64,000 nt of DNA from a virus: IMG/VR virus record IMGVR_UViG_3300034166_000560. One strand, written 5' to 3'. The translations under genes and the position numbers were made by a program. Shown one piece after another: positions 10,108-18,136 of this stretch. The notes below the pieces were generated by a model. The model searched no databases. It was given only the letters and a program-made list of their open reading frames with translations, and was not told the origin of the DNA. Numbering within the stretch: the first letter of the stretch is position 1; each line of letters begins with the position of its first letter.

Positions 10108-10800
10108 ATGCCATTTAATATACAAGGCTTCAAAGAAAACCTTAATTCCTACGGTTATTTGGATAACAACAGTTTTGATGTAATAATCAAAACTCCAAAT
10201 ATTCTTCAGAATAAAGTTCTAAACAATCAGGGTACTGATAGCGATATTCAAAGAATCGCCAAGAATTTAAAGTTGAGAGTTGAACAGGTCAGAGCTCCTG
10301 GTATTAATTTAATGACATCGCAAATACAAAGATATGGTATCGGCTCAGTACAAAATATGCCTATTAACGCTCAATTTCAAGACATAAACATGACGTTATT
10401 GATGGATCATTATGGCGAAATATGGCAGTATTGGTATAACTGGTTGAACCTAATATTTGGGTTTAACGGTCTAGAATCCGCTAATGGACCAACAAGTAAT
10501 TCTTTTCCGAATTATCAAGCTGAGTATAAAGATAATTACTCAACTGTAATGCAAATTATAGTCTACGATCATTTTGGTAATTCTATTCAGAAAATAAACC
10601 TCTATGAAGCATTTCCTGTAGCAATGAGAGAAATGCCTCTTTCCTGGGGCGATGGTAGTTTAATGAGATTGAATTTGTCAATTTCTTATACTAGCTATGC
10701 ATTGGTTGGAAGTTCTGTCCAACCACAACCAGCACCACAACCACAAAGACCTTTCAGATCGATCAGAAATACAACTACGATTAGACCTGGCGTAAATTAA
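10108..10800 (+). CDS. Tail tube initiator / tube-like protein (gp54/gp19 family)
   Basis: PG..L, F..W...I, Y...Y, L.EAFP....L.W tail-tube-fold pattern; synteny. Confidence 0.65.
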   Translation: MPFNIQGFKENLNSYGYLDNNSFDVIIKTPNILQNKVLNNQGTDSDIQRIAKNLKLRVEQVRAPGINLMTSQIQRYGIGSVQNMPINAQFQDINMTLLMDHYGEIWQYWYNWLNLIFGFNGLESANGPTSNSFPNYQAEYKDNYSTVMQIIVYDHFGNSIQKINLYEAFPVAMREMPLSWGDGSLMRLNLSISYTSYALVGSSVQPQPAPQPQRPFRSIRNTTTIRPGVN

Positions 10801-10817
10801 AATAATGGAGATATAAT

Positions 10818-11531
10818 ATGTCAACTTTGCCAAAACTTGACCACCCTATTCACAATATTGAAATACCTTCTTTGAAGAAAAATTATAAGTTTAGACCATT
10901 TCTTGTAAAAGAAGAAAAACTGTTGCTTATGGCAAAAGAAGGCGGCAGCGATGTTGATGTTTTAGCCGCCATCAAACAAATCGTTAACAATTGTTCGCTT
11001 GATCCAAAGTTAGATATCAGCAAGTTGGCTGTGTTTGATTTAGAGTATATCTTTCTTAAGCTAAGAGCTGTTTCGGTTGACAACATAATCAAAGCATCAT
11101 ACAAAGATAATGAAGATGAAACGGTTTATGAATTCGAAATCAACCTAGACGATGTGAAGGTAGAGTTTCCAGAGAAAATGGATAACAATATCAAGATCAC
11201 TAATAAATCTGGGATATCTCTGAAATACCCATCAGCAGCCCTTTACGAAGATAAAGAGTTTTTGAGTCTGGATAAAGATTATCTGTTTCAATTAATCATT
11301 CGTTGTATCGAAAATATTTACTACGAAGATCAAGTTTATGCAGCGAAAGAATATAAAAAGGCTGACCTAGAAGAATTCCTAGAAAATTTGGATATCAAGA
11401 CATTCCAGAAAATCCAGGACTTTCTAGTTAATGTTCCTAAGATGAAATATGTAATCAATTATAAGAATTCGTTGGAGCACGATCGAGAAATCGTTCTGTC
11501 GTCGTTAAACGATTTTTTTACGTGGCGCTGA
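10818..11531 (+). CDS. gp26: Baseplate hub assembly chaperone gp26
   Basis: LPK..P......PS....FRPFLVKEEKLLLMA, FDLEYIFLKLRA.SV, ends L.DFF. Confidence 0.88.
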   Translation: MSTLPKLDHPIHNIEIPSLKKNYKFRPFLVKEEKLLLMAKEGGSDVDVLAAIKQIVNNCSLDPKLDISKLAVFDLEYIFLKLRAVSVDNIIKASYKDNEDETVYEFEINLDDVKVEFPEKMDNNIKITNKSGISLKYPSAALYEDKEFLSLDKDYLFQLIIRCIENIYYEDQVYAAKEYKKADLEEFLENLDIKTFQKIQDFLVNVPKMKYVINYKNSLEHDREIVLSSLNDFFTWR

Positions 11532-11701
11532 GTCATAACTCTTTAGCGAATTACTATAAAACAATATTTTCGTTAGCTCAGCACCATAAATATTCTATTA
11601 CAGAATTAGAAAATTTAATTCCGTTTGAGAGAGATATCTATGTTGAATTGTTGATGGAGTATTTGAAGGAATTAGAGGACGCTAAACAGAGAAGCAAGTA
11701 A
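11522..11701 (+). CDS. gp51: gp51-like hub assembly catalyst (59 codons, not in ORF track), in the -1 frame relative to gp26
   Basis: Manual translation VALSHNSLANYYKTIFSLAQHHKYSITELENLIPFERDIYVELLMEYLKE..; YYK..F.L.QHHKYS.TE.EN.IP.ERDIY is the cyanophage-type gp51 signature; no ATG or clear RBS. Confidence 0.8.
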   Translation: MALSHNSLANYYKTIFSLAQHHKYSITELENLIPFERDIYVELLMEYLKELEDAKQRSK

Positions 11702-13795
11702 ATGGCATTAGCACCAGAACTTAAAGAAATAACAAGAAACATTTCGTCCGAAATGGGCGGCGTTGTTGGTAATATAAGAAAAACTGCCAGCGATAACCAA
11801 AAAATGTTTTCTGTTATTTTGAAAGACATCGGAAAACATTTCGAAGTCCAAAATAACGGTTTAACAGAAGTTTCCGAATCTGTAGAACAATCTTCTAATA
11901 AAGTTGCTGCAAAGGTAGACTCAACAAATAGTCTGTTACAGGATTCTCTTGGGCTCCTTTCGAACACTTATGCAGAATTAAGAACAATGAACAGCAACAT
12001 CAAGGTTATGAATAATAACCTTGGTGACAATAATAAAAGCCTATTAGAAAGACTGGGTTCTGGTTTCAAAGGGCTTCAGAACGTAATTCTTGGGGCTGCT
12101 GCTTCTGCCGCTCCAGCCATGCTGGGTCTCGCTGGTGGAATGGCTGGTAGTTTTGGAACTGATATTTTTGGCGGCAAAGCCAATCCAATGGACCATAACG
12201 GTAGTTCCAGTGAAGCTATGAGTTTCTTCCAATCAAAAGGTTGGTCAAAAGAACAATCTGCTGGTATAGTTGGAAACTTGCAAGTAGAGTCTGACAATTT
12301 TTCATCTGATGTAATAAGTGGAAGAAGAAAAGGCGACGGCGGACAAGCTGTTGGTATAGCTCAATGGCATCCAGACAGACAAGCAAGATTCCAACAAGTA
12401 ATGGGTAAACCTATAGCTGGATCTTCTTTCAAAGAACAATTAGCATTCGTCGACTGGGAACTTAAAAACAGCGAGAGTAAAGCTGGTGATATATTAAAAT
12501 CCAAAACGGATGCATCTTCTGCCGCAAGCGCAGTAGATGAATTTTATGAGAGATCAAGCGGCGAACATAGAGCCAAAAGAATAGCAAACGCTGTTTCTTT
12601 ATCGGACCAAAAAGGCGATGTAACGCCAGTAAGCGGTGGATCTGGATCAACACCAAAAGCTGATGCAACTCCAGCGTCAAAACCAGAACCAATAACTCCT
12701 GGTTCTGCAGAACAAGCCGAGAGCACAAAAGAACATAATGGTCATAGCGGTCATGAAGGTATTATTTCTGGTAAAACTAAAGAAAGATCCGCAGACGCAG
12801 GCAAAGTAACACAATCGCAATCGGGCACTCGTAATATGCCAATTAACGATAGGTTATTGGGTGTGTTGCAAAAAGCAGCGTCTGAAGCTGGTGTTGCCGT
12901 TGATATTACTTCTGGAGCTCAACCAAACTACCCACAAGGTCCAAGAACAGGCTCTACCAGACACGATATTGGCGTTGGTGCAGCTGATCTAGATCTTATG
13001 CAAAACGGAAGAGTCCTAACGGATCATAATCCTGAAGATGTAAAAGTAAAAAGAAAATTCGTTGAAGCCGCTGCAGCTGCTGGTGCTACTGGTATTGGCG
13101 CTGGCGAAGGTTATATGGGAGCTTCAAAGATTCATGTTGGGTTTGGAAAACCAGCAACATGGGGTGGAGCAGGATGGTTAAGTGGTCTTAATCTTGGTTC
13201 TGCTACAAGCCCAGAATCCGAAAAAGGAACTTCTGGTGCAACTCCATATAGTGGCGGATCTGCTGTGACTCCAGGAATGGGCGGTGGATCGTATGATCAG
13301 AGACTCGCTGCTATTCAAGAAAACATCAATAAACTTGGTGGTGGTGTTACAGGAATCGGGGCTGAAGAATCTTCAGCGCCTGTTGGTCCAAGTCTTGAGA
13401 GTTTACAAATGGGTATACCTGCACATGGAATGATGGGTGCGCCAGTAAACATGCAAAGTTTTATTGAGAACTTAAAATCTCAAGCTGTTCCGCCAGCGCC
13501 ATCTCCTACTGCCAGTATGGTACCAACCCCAGCAGTAACACCATCTCAGACTATTGAACAATCAAGAATTAATGATGAAATAGAAGATTACGAACAAAAA
13601 CAAAAAATGGTTGCGTTCGCAGAACAAACCAAAAAACAAACTACTGATATTATATCAAACCAAAATTCTAGTGGTACACCTTCTAGTTTCGATTACAATA
13701 ATGCTGCTGACACTGGATGGCCTGATTGGGCTGCATTAATTGGTGGTTGGAATTGGGAAGAGACTAAAAAGATAAAACAGAATATGCACTTCTAA
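11702..13795 (+). CDS. Tape-measure-like protein with a phage tail lysozyme domain and an M15-like peptidase domain
   Basis: Helical N-terminus; AMSFFQSKGWSKEQSAGIVGNLQVES..GIAQW..R (phage tail lysozyme); ITSG..STRH...AAD....IHVG (LAS/M15 Zn motif); follows gp26/51. Confidence 0.7.
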   Translation: MALAPELKEITRNISSEMGGVVGNIRKTASDNQKMFSVILKDIGKHFEVQNNGLTEVSESVEQSSNKVAAKVDSTNSLLQDSLGLLSNTYAELRTMNSNIKVMNNNLGDNNKSLLERLGSGFKGLQNVILGAAASAAPAMLGLAGGMAGSFGTDIFGGKANPMDHNGSSSEAMSFFQSKGWSKEQSAGIVGNLQVESDNFSSDVISGRRKGDGGQAVGIAQWHPDRQARFQQVMGKPIAGSSFKEQLAFVDWELKNSESKAGDILKSKTDASSAASAVDEFYERSSGEHRAKRIANAVSLSDQKGDVTPVSGGSGSTPKADATPASKPEPITPGSAEQAESTKEHNGHSGHEGIISGKTKERSADAGKVTQSQSGTRNMPINDRLLGVLQKAASEAGVAVDITSGAQPNYPQGPRTGSTRHDIGVGAADLDLMQNGRVLTDHNPEDVKVKRKFVEAAAAAGATGIGAGEGYMGASKIHVGFGKPATWGGAGWLSGLNLGSATSPESEKGTSGATPYSGGSAVTPGMGGGSYDQRLAAIQENINKLGGGVTGIGAEESSAPVGPSLESLQMGIPAHGMMGAPVNMQSFIENLKSQAVPPAPSPTASMVPTPAVTPSQTIEQSRINDEIEDYEQKQKMVAFAEQTKKQTTDIISNQNSSGTPSSFDYNNAADTGWPDWAALIGGWNWEETKKIKQNMHF

Positions 13796-13797
13796 CG

Positions 13798-13825
13798 AAA
13801 AAAGGGAGCCGAAGCTCCCTTTCTT
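13798..13825. terminator. Bidirectional intrinsic terminator
   Basis: AAAAAAGGGAGC-CGAA-GCTCCCTTTCTT between convergent genes. Confidence 0.85.
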
Positions 13826-14721
13826 TACTTTGCTAGATTCTTAAAGAATTCCAACGACTCGTCATCATCTTCATCGGAAGATTCAAACTTTGGAGCAGTC
13901 TTTGCCTTGGCAACTGGAGCAGCTTCCTCTTCCTGCCATGGAGCCTCTTCCTCTGCACGAGCACGCTTGGCTGGAGCAGAATCCTCTGCAAGAACCTTTG
14001 CTAGACGAGCAGATAGCTCTTCATAGGTCTTGAAGTTAGATGGAGCAAGGAATTCCTGTAGGGAATGCTCTGACTTCCAAACCTTCTCGAGTTCTTTGTC
14101 GTCATCAAGTAGTGGCGCTGCCTTTTCAAACTCAGACTTATCGTAATTACGATATCCTTCAAGATTACGAATCTTTAGCTTGAAGTTGGCGCCAGCCCAA
14201 AGATCGAATGGGTTTACTGCTTCTTCATCAGCAAACTGTGGTTCCATTGCTTCCTTTAGACGATCAAAGATCTTCTTACCATACTTGAATAGGAAAACCT
14301 TACCTTCGTTTGCAGGATTACCTGAATCGCTAACAACATAAATGTTTGAGATAAAATGCAAACGGCGCTTCTGCTTACGAACAATTTCCTTGTTAGCTTC
14401 GATACCAGAATTCCACAGCTTTGAGTTATACTCTGAAACTGGGTCGTTCTTACCGAGAGTTGTTAGTGAGTTCTCGATATACCAGCCACCTGGACCCTGG
14501 AAACCATGGTCAAACATACGAACGAACGGAACATCTTCGTTCTCTGGCGGAGGAAGGAAACGAATAACAGCATAACCATTACCAGCCTTATCGACTGTTG
14601 GCGACCAGAAACGATCGTCTGAAGACTTACCTTCTCCGCCAGATAGCTTATTGAGTTCGGCTGTTAGTGATTCGAGGGATTTCTTGCCTGAAGCGGCTTT
14701 GAGGGACTTAAAATCTACCAT
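13825..14721 (-). CDS. gp32: Single-stranded DNA-binding protein gp32
   Basis: DDRFW.P..DKAGNGYAVIRFLP, HGFQGPGGWYIENSLTT, FKYGKKIF, NPFDLW.GANFKLK, NYDKSEF, acidic tail. Confidence 0.96.
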   Translation of the reverse strand: MVDFKSLKAASGKKSLESLTAELNKLSGGEGKSSDDRFWSPTVDKAGNGYAVIRFLPPPENEDVPFVRMFDHGFQGPGGWYIENSLTTLGKNDPVSEYNSKLWNSGIEANKEIVRKQKRRLHFISNIYVVSDSGNPANEGKVFLFKYGKKIFDRLKEAMEPQFADEEAVNPFDLWAGANFKLKIRNLEGYRNYDKSEFEKAAPLLDDDKELEKVWKSEHSLQEFLAPSNFKTYEELSARLAKVLAEDSAPAKRARAEEEAPWQEEEAAPVAKAKTAPKFESSDEDDDESLEFFKNLAK

Positions 14722-14817
14722 GTATATTTCTCCGTATTACGATGTATAACAATTGTATGGGCTACGTATAACGCCCAATATATTTAGTTTACTGCAATAG
14801 CTTATTTTTGTCAAGTT

Positions 14818-15324
14818 CTATTTTAGGTTTGTCAAATCGTAAGTTACTACAGTCTTTCTTTTCATAGAATTATTGATTGGACTTCTATGAAAGAAATTCG
14901 ATGGGAAGGTAAGTATATCACCTTCTTCCAATTTCGGGATAATGATTTCGTCGCTGAATGGCATTTTAATTTCGATGGGAGGACCATCTTCTGGGAATTC
15001 CAAATAATATACATTAGACCATCCACAAAGAGGATGTGTATGCCAAGGATGCTCGCTATTATGTTCGTATTGTTGAAACCAATACGTTTCTATTTGACAC
15101 TCTTTATGCCCTAGTTCTCTGACGACATCCTCGATATATGGGCCAATATAAGGCAAAAGAAACCGAAAATATTCTTTCTGGATTCCTTTACCTACATACC
15201 AATCTGTTCTGGTAATATCGCCACTAGATTCACCAACACTACTCTTAATAAGATCAAGAACTTTATCTTTAACTAATTTGTGTTCTTTAAATTTATTGAT
15301 TTTATAAAACATTATACATTCCAA
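14818..15324 (-). CDS. 2OG-Fe(II) oxygenase-like protein
   Basis: WFQQY....H.WH.H, VYYLE, EGDILTFPS..H.S..N....K. Confidence 0.75.
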   Translation of the reverse strand: MECIMFYKINKFKEHKLVKDKVLDLIKSSVGESSGDITRTDWYVGKGIQKEYFRFLLPYIGPYIEDVVRELGHKECQIETYWFQQYEHNSEHPWHTHPLCGWSNVYYLEFPEDGPPIEIKMPFSDEIIIPKLEEGDILTFPSNFFHRSPINNSMKRKTVVTYDLTNLK

Positions 15325-15326
15325 AG

Positions 15327-15349
15327 AAACAGGGACCGAAGTCCCTGTA
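15327..15349 (-). terminator. Intrinsic terminator
   Basis: ACAGGGAC-TTCG-GTCCCTGT followed by TTCTTT on the minus strand. Confidence 0.7.
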
Positions 15350-15351
15350 TA

Positions 15352-15516
15352 TTAAACTGAAATTTCTTTGTCTGTATCTACGTGAACTACTTTATCTTTA
15401 ATGATTCTGTAATTATTGTGATCCATCCAAAGAACCCAAATCAATTCAGCCGCTAGTTTGGGTTTGTTAGCTTTAACAATCAATTCCATTGAGTCGATTA
15501 GATCTTCTTTAGTCAT
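15352..15516 (-). CDS. Small hypothetical protein (54 aa)
   Basis: Manual translation MTKEDLIDSMELIVKANKPK..; AGGAG RBS upstream. Confidence 0.55.
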   Translation of the reverse strand: MTKEDLIDSMELIVKANKPKLAAELIWVLWMDHNNYRIIKDKVVHVDTDKEISV

Positions 15517-15576
15517 CTTTTTCTCCTATAAGATGTGTTTTAAGTATCCCACAAGAAAAACATCATAAAACATTAT

Positions 15577-16158
15577 TTATTCGTCGTAAAATTCTAAGAT
15601 GATTTTTCGGAACTTGTCTTTATCATATTTTATGAAAGGAGTATACTTTTTAACCTTCAGAGAAATTTCGTCCCAGATAAGATCGTATTCCATTTTCTTA
15701 TCGAAATATGGAAGGGCTTCTGTTAACTCCAACAATATACAAAATGTTTCTAAACACAATGCATTTCTAAGATACAGCTTCAATAGAATTGGATGTTCGT
15801 TTGGCTTACATACAAAATTGTAATTGAAAGGCTTGCAGAGATGTTTGTTAGTCTCTTGTTTGAAAACATACGATAGAGACTGATTACGCTTCTTCCATTG
15901 AAGATACGTTTCTTGGGCTACTTCGGAATAAGCGAGATCACGTATCCATAATTTTGGATTAACACTAAAATTAGCAACAAGAAACTCGCATACATTTTCA
16001 TTCTTAGCAAGTTTTTCAAAAAACACCTTATCTTTACGTTTGGCAAATGAAGCTGGTTTTAATCCGGTTTTGCCGTTGTATTTAATGTAGTCGTAGTCGC
16101 TTTTGGTAAAGTGGTTTTTGAGGGCGACATAATTTTGATACGCTTCGAAGGCTGACAT
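15577..16158 (-). CDS. gp59: Helicase loader gp59
   Basis: FEAY..Y.ALKNHFT..YDY.KY.GK....F.KRKD..FF.KL, KY.PF. Confidence 0.9.
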   Translation of the reverse strand: MSAFEAYQNYVALKNHFTKSDYDYIKYNGKTGLKPASFAKRKDKVFFEKLAKNENVCEFLVANFSVNPKLWIRDLAYSEVAQETYLQWKKRNQSLSYVFKQETNKHLCKPFNYNFVCKPNEHPILLKLYLRNALCLETFCILLELTEALPYFDKKMEYDLIWDEISLKVKKYTPFIKYDKDKFRKIILEFYDE

Positions 16159-16628
16159 TTTAACTCTGGCTCACCATCTCTTAAATAATTTAAGAACTTG
16201 AAATAAAGTCCTTTTTCACGTCCATAAGCCTCGATCTCCCAAGGCTGTTCCCAATAATCCATTTGTTCGTGAAGATATCTCTCGCCTTGCCACTTGACCA
16301 TTCTGGTTGGTCGCCAAATGTCTTTCATTTCACCTTTGGCGTATTGCTTGAGGTGGACCATTTCATGGGCTAGGGCGAGCAAAGTCTCTTTTTTATTAAG
16401 AGCTCTGTCAATACCTATTACGAATTCTCTGGTATGATGATGGTCATCAGTCCAGTCGCAATAGGCGTAATCGCCCTCGGCTGAATCCATTTTTTCGAAC
16501 TGAAGTGTCAACTTTATATTATTAAAAAGTTTACCCCCTCCAATAAGATATTTTCCGTAGAAATTCGCCGCTTTTTTCACCATAGGCAGAGATATATGCG
16601 AGGGTTTACCAATTGTTTTAATGTGCAT
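16059..16628 (-). CDS. Zn metallopeptidase-like protein (HExxH)
   Basis: LAHEMVHLKQY and PWEIEAY motifs; likely start ATG 16628 with GGAGG RBS and late promoter TATAAATA at 16664-16657. Confidence 0.75.
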   Translation of the reverse strand: MHIKTIGKPSHISLPMVKKAANFYGKYLIGGGKLFNNIKLTLQFEKMDSAEGDYAYCDWTDDHHHTREFVIGIDRALNKKETLLALAHEMVHLKQYAKGEMKDIWRPTRMVKWQGERYLHEQMDYWEQPWEIEAYGREKGLYFKFLNYLRDGEPELKCQPSKRIKIMSPSKTTLPKATTTTLNTTAKPD

Positions 16629-16659
16629 ATTAGCCTCCAACAATGGTTTAACCCTGTAT

Positions 16660-16878
16660 TTATATCGGAAGGCGTGCTCCACGCTTAAGAATATTCAAAT
16701 TCTCGGCTTCTGCCTGGATTTTAGCTCTCATAGCTGGATCCTTTTTAATCCAGTATGCAGCCGTCTCGATCTCCAGATTGTTCTTTTCGCACCAGAAAAC
16801 CACGGCGTCGATATATTCGATGTTCTTTTCTCGACAGAGCTTTTCTACTTCCTCTACGAAGCCTGAATTTTTAAGCAT
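16660..16878 (-). CDS. gp33: Late transcription coactivator gp33
   Basis: F..EVE.......YIDAV..CE.N..E.E........K...EA..LN.L....LPI. Confidence 0.88.
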   Translation of the reverse strand: MLKNSGFVEEVEKLCREKNIEYIDAVVFWCEKNNLEIETAAYWIKKDPAMRAKIQAEAENLNILKRGARLPI

Positions 16879-17038
16879 TGTTTTTCGTGTTCCTTCAGTT
16901 CGGCGATCCGACGAGTAAGGTACTCTTCTACATGGTTATCATTAAATCTTCGAGCCTTATGTCTATTCAGTTCCTGCTGCAGAGACCAGAGTATAGTGCT
17001 GGCATGTGAATACGAATAATTCTCTTTGATTGTGTCCA
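16854..17038 (-). CDS. Hypothetical protein
   Basis: ORF in the same operon; likely start MDTIKE. Confidence 0.45.
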
Positions 17039-17043
17039 TAGAG

Positions 17044-17493
17044 TTAGTCCTTAATTGTGATCGTCGTATATTCACCTTTGGTCATTTTATAGAGAGTAGC
17101 AGAATTAGTGGGAGATAGACGAACGCAGCCGTGAGAAGCAGGACGCCCAAGAGCACCAACATGAGGAGTAGCATGGATAGCATATCCTCCAGAAAAGAAA
17201 ATAGAATTTGGCATAGGAGCGTTATCGTATTTCTTACTGTAGTGCATAAGCTGGTAAGAATATGGATGAAACGATCCCGTAGGAGTATAATACCCTTTAC
17301 GGGCAGTAGAGACAGGCCATTGGTCAATTAACTCTCCATCTTGAAGAACTGTCATAGTCTGATGACGTTTCGAAACAATAATATCGTAATCTGCTTTTAC
17401 TGGAGTAGAGAAGAACATAGATACAAGAACCAATAAAACTCCAACAACCATAAGTATAACTCCTGCTATGTTAGCAACTCTATCGTTTATCAT
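17044..17493 (-). CDS. L,D-transpeptidase (YkuD family) with N-terminal signal/anchor
   Basis: WPVST, TPTG.F, MP, AIHAT..LGRPASHGCVRL catalytic HxxxSHGC motif. Confidence 0.92.
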   Translation of the reverse strand: MINDRVANIAGVILMVVGVLLVLVSMFFSTPVKADYDIIVSKRHQTMTVLQDGELIDQWPVSTARKGYYTPTGSFHPYSYQLMHYSKKYDNAPMPNSIFFSGGYAIHATPHVGALGRPASHGCVRLSPTNSATLYKMTKGEYTTITIKD

Positions 17494-17696
17494 GAAAGAT
17501 ACCCAAGAATAGCGCCAATAGGGCCAACGAAAACACCAATACAGCGAAGAATGAACTTAGCTGTAATTGGATTATCCATTGTGTTCCAGATTGAGATAAT
17601 GTTCATCACCCAACCTACGGCAAAAACGAGCCAGATTGCGATTAGCGTAAGATAATAGCCAATACCATAATCTTCATGACCATAATGACGTGCCAT
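17490..17696 (-). CDS. Small membrane protein
   Basis: Two hydrophobic segments, GW..NI..R.IG...P.GAILG; GGAG RBS. Confidence 0.65.
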   Translation of the reverse strand: MARHYGHEDYGIGYYLTLIAIWLVFAVGWVMNIISIWNTMDNPITAKFILRCIGVFVGPIGAILGYLS

Positions 17697-17714
17697 AATA
17701 TACTCCAGTTAGAA

Positions 17715-17791
17715 TGGCGGTCCCGGAAGGATTCGAACCCTCGACCTTGGGAGTAGAAATCCCCTGCTCTATCCAGCTGAGCTACGGAACC
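17715..17791 (-). tRNA. tRNA-Arg(TCT)
   Basis: GGTTCCG TA GCTC..GAGC A GGGGA TT-TCT-AC TCCCA AGGTC GAGGG TTCGAAT CCTTC CGGGACC G CCA cloverleaf with encoded CCA. Confidence 0.92.
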
Positions 17792-17824
17792 ATTATTAGT
17801 ATTATAACCTAGCAGAATTGAAAA

Positions 17825-18135
17825 GGCAAGTTGTTTCTGTTTCTAGGGACAACTTGCGAACCCCAATGGATCATGCAGCTAGTGCATAAGCTCCAAATGA
17901 TGCATCATTATCGTTTGCATCTACGTTTCGCCTTTGGTCTCCTTACGACCTTACTGAATCCTGTCGAACCTGAATCGCCCCCATCAAAGATACACCGATT
18001 ATCATATCCCATCGGCTAGCACGATATAAGACCACACAAACGACCTCGGTGGCTGATGTATCTATGGTGGAGGCGGTGGGAACTGCCCCCACGTCCAAGA
18101 AACCTATGTTTCGTCTCTCAACGACCTCGGCAAAC
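17825..18135 (-). ncRNA. ssrA: Circularly permuted (two-piece) tmRNA; tag ANDNDASFGAYALAA*
   Basis: Acceptor piece ends ..GTGGG GGCAGTT CCCAC CGCCTCC A CCA at 18065; coding piece starts GGGGGCG at 17982 (G3.U70 Ala determinant); tag ORF 17918-17871; outer boundaries approximate. Confidence 0.9.
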
Positions 18136-18136
18136 T

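Noticed and set aside
16059-16158. 100-nt overlap of the peptidase ORF with gp59
   Set aside because: Low-complexity tail after the conserved domain; looks like incidental stop-codon drift, with no sign of dual function
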